The position numbers and the translations under genes are program-made. A DNA stretch of 64,000 bases from assembly GCA_017852335.1 (NCBI GenBank), contig JAFMLG010000001.1, positions 2,853 to 66,852 on the forward strand, written 5' to 3'. This document shows positions 1-9,071 of this stretch, piece after piece; positions within the stretch are counted from its first letter, which is position 1, and the number at the start of each line of letters is the position of its first letter. The DNA is from Actinomycetota bacterium (lineage in GTDB: Bacteria; Actinomycetota; Nitriliruptoria; Nitriliruptorales; Nitriliruptoraceae). The notes beneath the pieces were generated by a model. It saw only the letters and a program-made list of their open reading frames with translations. It had not been told where the DNA came from and did not search any database.

Positions 1-1092
<1,092 letters not shown>

Positions 1093-1362
1093 TCAGCGCG
1101 GCCGGTCGGACTCCTCGGGGAGGCGCCACATCCGGCGCCACGCGATCGCGCCGGCGAGTCCCAGGACCTGCCCGACGACCATGCGCCGGCCGCGGTGCGG
1201 CGGTCCGGCCAGCCAGCCCAGCGCCGCCCCCGCCGTCATCGCGGCGAGCGCCACGACGGTGTCGGTCGGGAACGGCGGACGCCCGTCGGGCCGCGGGGGC
1301 GGTCCGGCCGGGTCCCAGCCGGCGAGGACGTCCTCCCCGGCGGCGCGCGCGACGTCGCTCAT
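1093..1362 (-). CDS. small hypothetical membrane protein (89 aa)
   Basis: Internal ATG (1362) of track ORF 1093..1539; very high third-position GC; two hydrophobic stretches (TVVALAAMTAGAALGWLAG, MVVGQVLGLAGAIAW); sits between mazG and eno. No family recognised. Confidence 0.4.
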   Translation of the reverse strand: MSDVARAAGEDVLAGWDPAGPPPRPDGRPPFPTDTVVALAAMTAGAALGWLAGPPHRGRRMVVGQVLGLAGAIAWRRMWRLPEESDRPR

Positions 1363-1372
1363 GGCGCCGAGG

Positions 1373-2488
1373 CTACTGGCCGGGCCACACCGGCGGTCGG
1401 GCGTCGGCCGGCGCGGCCAGCGCCGCCTCGGCGTCGGCGCGGAGGCGGGCCGCCGCCGCGCGTCCGACCGCGTCGGCCTCGAGCCCGAGCGCGGCGGCGA
1501 GTCCGGCGACCTGGACGACGAGCCGGCCCAGCAGCGCACCGGCGGCCTCCGCGTCGTCGGCGGCGTCCGCGGTCACGGCGGCCGCGGTCGCCGCGAGGTC
1601 GGCCCGGACCGTCGCGGCGTCCGTCGGGACCAGTCCCTCGCGGCGGAGCCGACGGAGCAGGGCGTCGAGCAGCGCCAGGCCCGGCATCGCGGTCGGGACG
1701 CCGTCGAGCGGGCCCCGACCACCGCCCTCGGCGGCCTTGATCGCGTCCCAGGACCGCTGCACGCCGTCGGCGTCCTCGGGCCGGTCGGCGTCGCCGAAGA
1801 CGTGGGGGTGACGGCGGACCAGCTTGGCGGCCAGCCCCCCGGCGACGTCGTCGACGGCGAACGCGCCCCGCTCCGCCGCGATGCGGGCGTGGAACAGGAC
1901 CTGGAGCAGCACGTCGCCGAGCTCCTCGCGGACCGCGTCGTCGTCCCCGCCCGAGATCGCGTCGAGCAGCTCGTAGGTCTCCTCGACGAGGTACCGCGCG
2001 AGGCTGGCGTGGTCCTGCTCGAGGTCCCAGGGGCAGCCGGCGTCGGGGTCGCGGAGGCGGTCCATGACCGCGACGGCGCGGAGCAGCTCGGTGCCGGGCG
2101 GGATCGGGGCGAGGAACACCAGCTCGATCTCGACGTCCTGCGCCGCGACCATCCCCGAGAGCGCCGGCGCGAGACCGCGCTCGTCGTCCTCGAGCAGGTA
2201 GACGACGGCGCCGTCCGCCACCGCGGCGGCGACCAGGGCCTTCGCGAGGCGCCGGTCGTCCGGGCCGCCCGGCCGCGTCAGCAGCAGGTCGTCGCGACCC
2301 AGCGGCGCCGGCGCGAGCGGCGCCAGCTCGAGCCCGGCCGCGGCCAGCATCGGGGCGGCGGGATGCGCGGACGGGTCCCGGCAGAGGACGGTCCCGGCGG
2401 CGGAGAGCGCCTGCCAGGCGGGGGCCGGGAGCAGCCCCGGCAGGAGGTCGCTCGTCTCGACGAGGACGACCCGGCCGCCGGTGCTCAC
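1373..2488 (-). CDS. mazG: nucleoside triphosphate pyrophosphohydrolase MazG
   Basis: 371-aa ORF with MazG motifs (CPWDLEQDHASLARYLVEETYELLDAI, EELGDVLLQVLFHARIA, VRRHPHVFGD) and the conserved actinobacterial position between mfd-side genes and eno. Confidence 0.9.
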   Translation of the reverse strand: MSTGGRVVLVETSDLLPGLLPAPAWQALSAAGTVLCRDPSAHPAAPMLAAAGLELAPLAPAPLGRDDLLLTRPGGPDDRRLAKALVAAAVADGAVVYLLEDDERGLAPALSGMVAAQDVEIELVFLAPIPPGTELLRAVAVMDRLRDPDAGCPWDLEQDHASLARYLVEETYELLDAISGGDDDAVREELGDVLLQVLFHARIAAERGAFAVDDVAGGLAAKLVRRHPHVFGDADRPEDADGVQRSWDAIKAAEGGGRGPLDGVPTAMPGLALLDALLRRLRREGLVPTDAATVRADLAATAAAVTADAADDAEAAGALLGRLVVQVAGLAAALGLEADAVGRAAAARLRADAEAALAAPADARPPVWPGQ

Positions 2489-3384
2489 CAGCGGTCCGCG
2501 CCGACCGCCTGCGGCGCGGTCACCGCGCCGGCGACGCCGTCCCAGACGCCGAGGCGGGACGCGACGGTCACCTCGGCGGCGGCGACGGCGCCCCCGAGGA
2601 TCGCGTCGAGCTCGGGGCCGACGAGCCGGCGCCGTTCGGCCGAGGGCAGGTCCGCGACGGCGGTCGACGCCTCGGCGACGACCTCGATGACGTGGAACCC
2701 GAACTGCGTCTCGACGGGGTCGAGGACGGTGTCGAGTCGCGCGTCCCAGACGGCGGCGTCGAACTCGGGCACGAACGCGCCGCGCTCGCGCTCGCCGAGC
2801 AGCCCGCCCTGCGCGGCGCTGCCGGGGTCGGTCGACCGCTCGGTCGCGAGCGCGGCGAAGTCGGCCCCGTCCGCGAGCAGGGCGACGATCTCGTCCGCCT
2901 CCGCGGCGGTCTCGACGAGGATGTGCCGCGCCGTGCGCGTCTCGAGGGTCCGGTCGCCGAGGAGGTCGGTCGTCAGCACGTCCAGCGCCGCCTCGGTCGT
3001 GAGGAACACCTCCTCGTAGAACCCCTGCGGGTACCCGATGTCGGCCAGCGTCGCGGCCAGCGCCTCGGCCCCGCCGACCTGCTCCTCGACCTCGACCGCG
3101 ACGGCCGCGACGGCCGCGTCGTCGACGACGAGACCGCGGTCGGCCAGGACCCCGAGGACGATGCGGTTCTGGAGCAGCCGGGACAGGAGGTCCCGCTGCA
3201 CGGCGACCTCGTCCAGCGCCGGGTTGGCGTCCGTCGCCGTCCGGACCCAGTCCTCGAGCTGCGCCGAGGGGACCTCGTCCCCGTCCACGGTCGCGACGGC
3301 GCCGCGGGGCGGCTCGGCGCCGCAGGCGGCCAGGACGAGGGCCGCGGCGAGCACCGCGACGGCACGACGGGGACGGCGGTGCAC
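2485..3384 (-). CDS. peptidyl-prolyl cis-trans isomerase lipoprotein (parvulin/SurA-PrsA-like)
   Basis: GTG start; signal peptide with lipobox LVLAAC; parvulin-type core (RTARHILV...AEADEIVALLADGADFAALATERSTDPGSAAQGGLLG...FGFHVIEV). 4-nt overlap with the mazG start. Confidence 0.8.
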   Translation of the reverse strand: MHRRPRRAVAVLAAALVLAACGAEPPRGAVATVDGDEVPSAQLEDWVRTATDANPALDEVAVQRDLLSRLLQNRIVLGVLADRGLVVDDAAVAAVAVEVEEQVGGAEALAATLADIGYPQGFYEEVFLTTEAALDVLTTDLLGDRTLETRTARHILVETAAEADEIVALLADGADFAALATERSTDPGSAAQGGLLGERERGAFVPEFDAAVWDARLDTVLDPVETQFGFHVIEVVAEASTAVADLPSAERRRLVGPELDAILGGAVAAAEVTVASRLGVWDGVAGAVTAPQAVGADRW

Positions 3385-3495
3385 GGGGCCTCCGGGGTGG
3401 GGACGGGACGACGACGCGGACGTCGACGGTGACCGAGTCTAACGGTCGTGCCCGGACCGACCCGGGGCCGCGGACCCGACGACGCCCCGCACCCC

Positions 3496-3501
3496 TAGGC
3501 T
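3496..3501 (+). promoter_or_regulatory. candidate -10 hexamer TAGGCT, 6 nt upstream of the zur ATG (leaderless transcript candidate)
   Basis: TAGGCT fits the actinobacterial TANNNT -10 pattern; only 6 nt separate it from the ATG at 3508 and no SD sequence is present. Confidence 0.35.
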
Positions 3502-3507
3502 GCCGCC

Positions 3508-3954
3508 ATGGCGTCGGACCCGCACGAGACGGTCGCGGACCTCCTGCACCGCGACGGCCAGCGGTACACGCGGGCGCGGCGGGGCCTGGTCAGGACGCTG
3601 CTCGGGCTGACGCGGCCCGCGACCATCGCCGAGCTCGGCACCATCGACCCGGGCCAGTCGCAGAGCTCGCTGTACCGGAACCTCGCCGTGCTCGAGCGGT
3701 GCGGTGCGGTCCACCGGCTCTCCTCGGTGGACGGGGTGGCGCGGTTCGAGCTGTCCGAGGACCTCTCGCACCACCATCATCATCTGGCCTGCGAGGGCTG
3801 CGGCCGGATGGAGGACGTCGTCCTCCCCGACGGCCTCGAGTCGACGCTGCACCGGATCACGGCCGACCTCGGTGACGAGCACGGGTACGAGGTCCACCGC
3901 CACGCGCTCGAGCTGGTCGGACGGTGCGCGGACTGCCGGACGTCAGACGGCTGA
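3508..3954 (+). CDS. zur: Fur-family metalloregulator, probably zinc uptake regulator Zur
   Basis: 148 aa with winged-helix region (SLYRNLAVLERCGAVHRL), His run HHHHH followed by CEGCG and a C-terminal CADC (two CxxC pairs). Adjacent to a zinc-type ABC importer. Confidence 0.85.
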   Translation: MASDPHETVADLLHRDGQRYTRARRGLVRTLLGLTRPATIAELGTIDPGQSQSSLYRNLAVLERCGAVHRLSSVDGVARFELSEDLSHHHHHLACEGCGRMEDVVLPDGLESTLHRITADLGDEHGYEVHRHALELVGRCADCRTSDG

Positions 3955-4806
3955 CGCGACCCCGGGCCGCACCGCCCGGAGCAGGCGCTGCGCGGCCTGG
4001 ACGACGAAGAACCCGGCGACGCTGATCCCGGCGATCGTCGCCGAGGTCGCCGTGCCCGCGTGGTAGCTGACGAGCAGCCCGGCGACGACCGCGACCGTCC
4101 CGAACGCGACCGCGACCAGCATCACGAGGGGCACGCGGCGGACGACCAGGACCGCCGTCGCCGGCGGCGCGATCAGGAACGCCATCACCAGCAGGGTCCC
4201 GACCGCACGGAAGGCGGTCACGACGACCAGGGCGATCAGCGCCAGCATCGCCACGTGCGCCAGCCCCGGCCGGAGCCCGAGCACCCGCGCCTTCGCCGGG
4301 TCGTACGCCAGCGCGAGGAACGCGCGGTGCCCGACGGCGGCGGCGACGATCGAGACCGTCGCCGCGACCACCAGCACCGTCAGCTGCCCCGGCCGGATCC
4401 CGATCGGGTCCCCGAACAGGATCGCGGTGAGGTCGCCCGCGTACGCGCCACGGGCCGAGATGATCGCGACGCCGAGCGCGAGCAGTCCGACGAAGGCCAG
4501 CCCGATGCCGGTGTCCTCCCCCACCCGCCGTCCCGACGTCGCGGTCGCGACGACGGCGACGAGGACGACGGCCCCGAGCCCTGCCCCCAGGGTGAGGTCG
4601 ACGCCGACGAGGTACGCCAGGGCGATGCCGGGCAGCACGCCGTGGGCCAGGGCGTCGCCCATGAACGCGAGCCCGCGGACGACGACCCAGGTCCCGATCG
4701 GCGCGCTGGCGACGACGGTGAGCACGCCGGCCGCCAGGGCCGTCCGCATGAAGCCGTAGGCGAACGGCTCGGTCACCACCTCGAGCACGGGGCCCTCCGG
4801 TCGCAC
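3943..4806 (-). CDS. znuB: metal (Zn/Mn-type) ABC transporter permease
   Basis: Polytopic membrane protein with ZnuB/MntB-type sequence (FMRTALAAG..., GDALAHGVLPGIALAY, FLIAPPATA). The start may be the GTG at 4788 (GGAGG 5 nt upstream) rather than the GTG at 4806. Confidence 0.85.
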   Translation of the reverse strand: MRPEGPVLEVVTEPFAYGFMRTALAAGVLTVVASAPIGTWVVVRGLAFMGDALAHGVLPGIALAYLVGVDLTLGAGLGAVVLVAVVATATSGRRVGEDTGIGLAFVGLLALGVAIISARGAYAGDLTAILFGDPIGIRPGQLTVLVVAATVSIVAAAVGHRAFLALAYDPAKARVLGLRPGLAHVAMLALIALVVVTAFRAVGTLLVMAFLIAPPATAVLVVRRVPLVMLVAVAFGTVAVVAGLLVSYHAGTATSATIAGISVAGFFVVQAAQRLLRAVRPGVASAV

Positions 4807-4856
4807 CCGGCGGCGACGCTACCCACGGCGGCCGGTCGGCCCGTGGGGTCGCGCCG

Positions 4857-5927
4857 TCAGTCGAGCAGCGCGCTCACGATCAGGCCGGCGTCGGTCCGGA
4901 GCATCCCGACGTACGTCTCGGCGCCGCTCCCGGCCGGCCCCAGGGACCCGGTGTGCAGCGTGACCACCGTGACCGCGGGGGCGCCGCGGACGACGGCCTC
5001 CTCGGCCAGCGCCATCGCGAGGGCGTCGCTGTCGGTCGTCTCGGCGAGCACGACGTCGACCCCCTCCGCGACGAGCAGGTCGGCCAGCGCGGCGAACGCC
5101 GCCGGATCCGTCTCGGCGGAGGTCGAGCTGCCCGGGACGACGGTCGCGACGATCTCGAACCCGTAGCGGTCCGCGAGGTACCCGAGCGAGTCGTGGTTCG
5201 TCACGAGCTTCCGACGGTCCGCCGGGACGGTGGCGTACAGCGCCGCGAGCTCGGCGTCGAGCGCCTCGAGCTCGGCGCGGAGCCCGGCGGCGCGCGCGGC
5301 CCAGTCGACCTCGGGACGCAGCTCGGCGAGGGCGTCCGCGACCAGCTCGCCGGCCGTCGCCGCCCGGAGCGGGTCGAACCAGAAGTGCGGATCGAGCTCC
5401 CCGTGCGCGTGCTCGTCGGCCTCGTCGTGCGCGTGCTCGTCGTCGTGCGCGTGGTCGTCCTCGTCGCCGTGGTCGTGCGCGTCCGCGGCGAACGGGATCG
5501 GGTCGAGCTCCGGCGAGACCTCGAGGACCCGGACGCCGTCCGCGACCGCCGCGTCGAGCGCGGCGAGCAGTCCCTCCTCCAGCATCAGCCCGTTCGCGAC
5601 CACGAGGTCGGCGTCCCGCATCGCGGCCGCGTCGGCCGCCGAGGCGGCGTAGCCGTGCGGATCGACGCCGGGTGCCATGAGCACGCGGACCGTGCCGTCC
5701 TCCCCGACGATCGGGGCGACGAGGTCACCGAGGATCGACGTCGTGACCACGACCTCGACGGGATCCGGCGCGTCGGACGTGGTGGCCGGAGCCGACCCCG
5801 CCCCGGGGGCGGGGTCCGCGGCGGGCGCGGGCGTCTCCGCCGCGCCGGTGCAGGCCGCCAGGGCCAGCGCGGCCGCGGCGAGCGCGACGGCGCGGAGGGT
5901 GCGGGACGGACGGGAGGTGCGGGACAT
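4857..5927 (-). CDS. znuA: metal ABC transporter substrate-binding lipoprotein with His/Asp/Glu-rich loop (zinc-type)
   Basis: Lipobox LALAAC; ZnuA/TroA-type fold motifs (VVTTSILGDL, DPHGY, DPHFWFDP, VTNHDSLGYL); acidic His-rich loop HDHGDEDDHAHDDEHAHDEADEHAH typical of Zn-specific ZnuA; AGGAG RBS. Confidence 0.85.
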   Translation of the reverse strand: MSRTSRPSRTLRAVALAAAALALAACTGAAETPAPAADPAPGAGSAPATTSDAPDPVEVVVTTSILGDLVAPIVGEDGTVRVLMAPGVDPHGYAASAADAAAMRDADLVVANGLMLEEGLLAALDAAVADGVRVLEVSPELDPIPFAADAHDHGDEDDHAHDDEHAHDEADEHAHGELDPHFWFDPLRAATAGELVADALAELRPEVDWAARAAGLRAELEALDAELAALYATVPADRRKLVTNHDSLGYLADRYGFEIVATVVPGSSTSAETDPAAFAALADLLVAEGVDVVLAETTDSDALAMALAEEAVVRGAPAVTVVTLHTGSLGPAGSGAETYVGMLRTDAGLIVSALLD

Positions 5928-5975
5928 CGACGGCTCCTGGGGCGACGTGCGGCCGGGGTCGCGGGGGCATACTAT

Positions 5976-5990
5976 TGGGAATGGTTCCTA
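5976..5990. promoter_or_regulatory. candidate Zur box: 7-1-7 palindrome TGGGAAT-G-GTTCCTA in an AT-richer island
   Basis: The only AT-richer patch (catactattgggaatggttcctattcgcaa) in the divergent znuA/znuC intergenic region. It has the same 7-1-7 architecture as the actinobacterial Zur box TGAAAAT-G-ATTTTCA and lies about 50 nt from each start codon. Confidence 0.5.
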
Positions 5991-6040
5991 TTCGCAACTC
6001 GGGCGACCGGTCGTACGCTCCCGGACCCACCGGAGGACCC

Positions 6041-6934
6041 GTGGACCCGACCCCGCGCCCCACCGGAGCCGCCGGCGACGCCGCCACGGCCGGCCCGGCC
6101 GTCGAGCTGGACGGCGTCTGCCTCCGGTTCGGCCGGGTCGAGGCGCTCCACGACGTCACGCTGACGGTCCCCCGCGGGGCGAGCGTCGCCGTCATCGGCC
6201 CCAACGGCTCGGGGAAGTCGACGCTGCTCGGCGTCCTCTCGGGCCTGCTGCACCCGCAGGAGGGGACGGTCCGGGTGCTCGGCACGACGGTCCCCCGGGC
6301 CCGCGCCCGGATCGCGCACGTCCTCCAGTCGACGCAGGTCCGCGCCGAGGTCCCGCTGACCGTCCGCGAGGCCGTGCGGATGGGGACCTACGCGACGCTG
6401 GGGCTCGTCGGCCGGGGCGGGGCCGCGGTCCGGGACCGCGTCGACGCGGCGCTCGACCGGCTCGGGATCGCCGACCTCGCCGACCGCCAGCTGCCCGAGC
6501 TCTCCGGCGGCCAGCGCCAGCGCGTCTTCGTCGCGCAGGGCCTGGTGCAGGAGGCCGACCTGCTGCTGCTCGACGAGCCGGTCGCCGGCCTCGACCCGCC
6601 GACGCAGGAGGTCATCGCCCGCGTCGTCCGCGACGAGCGCGCCGCCGGGCGGACGGTCGTCACGACCACGCACGACGTCGGCGCGGCGGCGACGAACGAC
6701 CTCGTGCTGCTGCTCAGCACCGAGGTCGTCGCGTACGGCCCGCCGCAGGAGGTGCTGGTGCCCGAGCTGCTCGGCCGCGGCTTCGGCGGCCACCTCCACG
6801 TGCTGGAGGACGGGACGATGGTCCTCGACGATCCGGCGCACCACGGCGCGGTCGTCGGGCATCGCACGCGGGCCGACTGGCACGGGACCGAGGACGCGTC
6901 GGCCGCGGACCCCGGGACGACCCGGAAGCCCTAG
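6041..6934 (+). CDS. znuC: metal ABC transporter ATP-binding protein
   Basis: Walker A GPNGSGKST, signature LSGGQRQR, Walker B LLLLDEP, H-loop TTHD. I prefer the GTG at 6041 (GGAGGA just upstream) over the track TTG at 5975, which would lie inside the operator-like palindrome. Confidence 0.85.
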   Translation: MDPTPRPTGAAGDAATAGPAVELDGVCLRFGRVEALHDVTLTVPRGASVAVIGPNGSGKSTLLGVLSGLLHPQEGTVRVLGTTVPRARARIAHVLQSTQVRAEVPLTVREAVRMGTYATLGLVGRGGAAVRDRVDAALDRLGIADLADRQLPELSGGQRQRVFVAQGLVQEADLLLLDEPVAGLDPPTQEVIARVVRDERAAGRTVVTTTHDVGAAATNDLVLLLSTEVVAYGPPQEVLVPELLGRGFGGHLHVLEDGTMVLDDPAHHGAVVGHRTRADWHGTEDASAADPGTTRKP

Positions 6935-7719
6935 GCGGTGCCGGCGAGGTCCACGACGACGGGCGCGTGGTCGGACGGCTTGTCGCCGGCCGCGTTCTGC
7001 TTCCGCAGCTCGCGCGCGACCTCGACCGCCTCGACCCCGAGCACGGCGCTGGCGAGCACCAGGTCGATGCGGAGCCCGTGCCCGCGGTGGAACGACCCGC
7101 CGCGGTAGTCCCACCAGGTGTACGCCTCGCCCTCGGGCCGGACCACCCGCTGCGCGTCGCGCAGCCCGACCGCGAGCAGCGCGTCGACCGCGTCCCGCTC
7201 GGCCGGCGTGACGTGCGTCGAGCCGGGGGGGAACGCCGCGAGGTCCCAGACGTCCGCGTCGGTCGGCGCGACGTTGTAGTCGCCGGCGACGACGACCGGG
7301 CCGGCGGCCGCGAGGTCCGCGACGCGATCCCGCATCGCCGCGAGGAACGCGAGCTTCCGCGGGTACCACGGGTCGTCGACGGCGCGCCCGTTCGGCACGT
7401 AGACCGAGACGACGCGGACGCCCCCGACGGTCCCCTCGAGCCACCGGGCCTCGTCCGGGACCGGGTTCCCCGGGAGCTCCGGCGACGGGTCCACGACCTC
7501 GACGCCGTCGGGGACGACGAGGGCCACACCGTTCCACCGACCCTCGCTGGCCTCGACGGCGCGGTACCCGGCCGCGGCCAGCCCGTCGTGCGGGAACGCC
7601 TCGGCCGCGAGCTTCGTCTCCTGGAGGCAGAGGACGTCGGGCCGGAACGCCTCGAGCAGCTCGAGGACCCGCGGCAGCCGCGCCTTCAGCGAGTTCACGT
7701 TCCAGGTCACCAGCCGCAT
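6931..7719 (-). CDS. xthA: exodeoxyribonuclease III
   Basis: From the internal ATG: MRLVTWNVNSLKARLP...LCLQETK...VAGDYNVAPTD...TWWDYRGG...RIDLVL...PSDHAPVVVDL, the full ExoIII/APE1 motif set. The 449-aa track ORF is an upstream over-extension. Confidence 0.9.
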   Translation of the reverse strand: MRLVTWNVNSLKARLPRVLELLEAFRPDVLCLQETKLAAEAFPHDGLAAAGYRAVEASEGRWNGVALVVPDGVEVVDPSPELPGNPVPDEARWLEGTVGGVRVVSVYVPNGRAVDDPWYPRKLAFLAAMRDRVADLAAAGPVVVAGDYNVAPTDADVWDLAAFPPGSTHVTPAERDAVDALLAVGLRDAQRVVRPEGEAYTWWDYRGGSFHRGHGLRIDLVLASAVLGVEAVEVARELRKQNAAGDKPSDHAPVVVDLAGTA

Positions 7720-7810
7720 CGCCCCACCGTAGCCAGCGGCGCCGGCGGTAGCGTCCCGCCACCGCGACCCCGCGCCGCCCGCGGCGCGGCGGGCCCACCG
7801 GGGAGCCGAC

Positions 7811-9064
7811 GTGCCCGAGCTGCGCCGTCCGGGCCGCCCCGCCTGGCTGACCACGCCGATCCTCGCCGTGTCGGGCCTCTCGGTGGCGTCGGGCCTCGCG
7901 CAGTTCGGCGTCACCGCGGTCATCGGCGACGTCGCCGCCGCGTTCGGCAGCACCGGCCCCGGCGACGACCTCGCGGCCCAGATCGGACTCCCCGCCACCA
8001 CGGTCGGGATCGCGCTGGCCGCGGTCCGGCTGGCGTCACTGGCCTCGCTGCCCGTCGTCGCCGTCGCCGACCGCTGGGGCCGGCGTCGCGTGGTCCTCGC
8101 GCTCTCGGCCGTCGGCCTGGCGCTGACGGCGCTGGCCGCCCTCTCCCCCGGGTTCTGGTGGTACGTCGCCCTGGTGGCGCTGGCGCGGCCGGCGCTGTCC
8201 GGGGTGAACGCCGTCGCCGGGGTGGTCGCGGCCGAGGAGACGCGGACCCGCGACCGCTCGGCCGCCATCGCGCTGATCACGGCGGCCTACGGCGTCGGGG
8301 CGGGCCTGGTCGTCGTCGGCCGGTTCCTCGCCGGCGACGCCGCGACGTTCCGCGAGGTCACCGCCGCGGCGCTGCTGCCGCTGCTGCTGCTCCCGCTGCT
8401 GGCCCGCGGCACACGGGAACCGCGGATCGCACGGACCCACCACGCCGAGCGCGGCCTGCCGGGCCGGGTCCCGGCCCCGTACGTGCGCAGCGTCGCGCTG
8501 CTCAGCGTCCTCAGCGGCGCCATCGCGCTCGGGACCGGACCGGCGTTCTCGTACCTCTTCGTGTACGGCGAGCGGGTCCTCGGGGTGGACCCTGCGCTCG
8601 TCACGGCGCTCGTCGTGCTGGCCGGACCGGTCGGCCTCGTCGGCATCCTGCTGGGGCGGGCGGCGGCCGACCGGGTCGGCCGCAACGTCGCCGCGGGGGC
8701 CTCGATGGTCCTGACCGGCCTCGCGGTCGCGTGGGCGTACGGCGGCACGGCCGTGCAGCTCGCCGTCGGGTACCTGCTCGCCATCGGGTTCTCGAGCGCG
8801 TTCGCGCCCCCGACCGGAGCGCTCGGCGCCGAGCTGGTCCCGACCCGGGTCCGCGCGACGCTTGCCGGCTGGGTGACGTTCGCCGGCGTCATCGGCGCGG
8901 TCGTCGGCATCTACGGCTTCGGCGCGCTCGCGGACGCGACCGGCGGGTTCCGCGGGGCGGCGCTCGTCATCGGGCTGGCGACCAGCGTCGCCGGACTCGG
9001 CTTCCGGCTGCTGCCCGAGACGCGCGGGGTCGAGCTCGAGGACCTCGAGGACGACGCGGCCTGA
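7811..9064 (+). CDS. MFS transporter
   Basis: 417 aa with about 12 predicted TM segments and the MFS loop motif (ADRWGRRRV); GTG start with GGGAG upstream; a TAGCGT -10-like hexamer at 7749-7754. Confidence 0.8.
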   Translation: MPELRRPGRPAWLTTPILAVSGLSVASGLAQFGVTAVIGDVAAAFGSTGPGDDLAAQIGLPATTVGIALAAVRLASLASLPVVAVADRWGRRRVVLALSAVGLALTALAALSPGFWWYVALVALARPALSGVNAVAGVVAAEETRTRDRSAAIALITAAYGVGAGLVVVGRFLAGDAATFREVTAAALLPLLLLPLLARGTREPRIARTHHAERGLPGRVPAPYVRSVALLSVLSGAIALGTGPAFSYLFVYGERVLGVDPALVTALVVLAGPVGLVGILLGRAAADRVGRNVAAGASMVLTGLAVAWAYGGTAVQLAVGYLLAIGFSSAFAPPTGALGAELVPTRVRATLAGWVTFAGVIGAVVGIYGFGALADATGGFRGAALVIGLATSVAGLGFRLLPETRGVELEDLEDDAA

Positions 9065-9071
9065 GCCGCTC

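Noticed and set aside
3385-3495. Possible second Zur box for zur autoregulation (ACCG-AGTCTAA-CGGT)
   Set aside because: The arms are only 4 bp and it has no similarity to the TGGGAAYGGTTCC element seen at the znu promoter.
5975-6040. TTG start at 5975 for the znuC-like gene
   Set aside because: It would place the start codon inside the operator-like palindrome and add a non-conserved 22-aa extension. The GTG at 6041 has a GGAGGA RBS.
6931-8280. N-terminally extended versions of real genes in the track (also 13231..14517, 15706..17172, 17379..18803, 18410..19900, 24797..25807, 32314..34758, 35640..36491, 36146..38152, 48110..48580, 48532..51141, 49758..51011, 56677..59250, 57501..58529, 59648..61303, 60835..62649)
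   Set aside because: Family homology begins at an internal ATG or GTG that has an RBS or a stop/start overlap. The upstream extensions are low-complexity and overlap the neighbouring gene.
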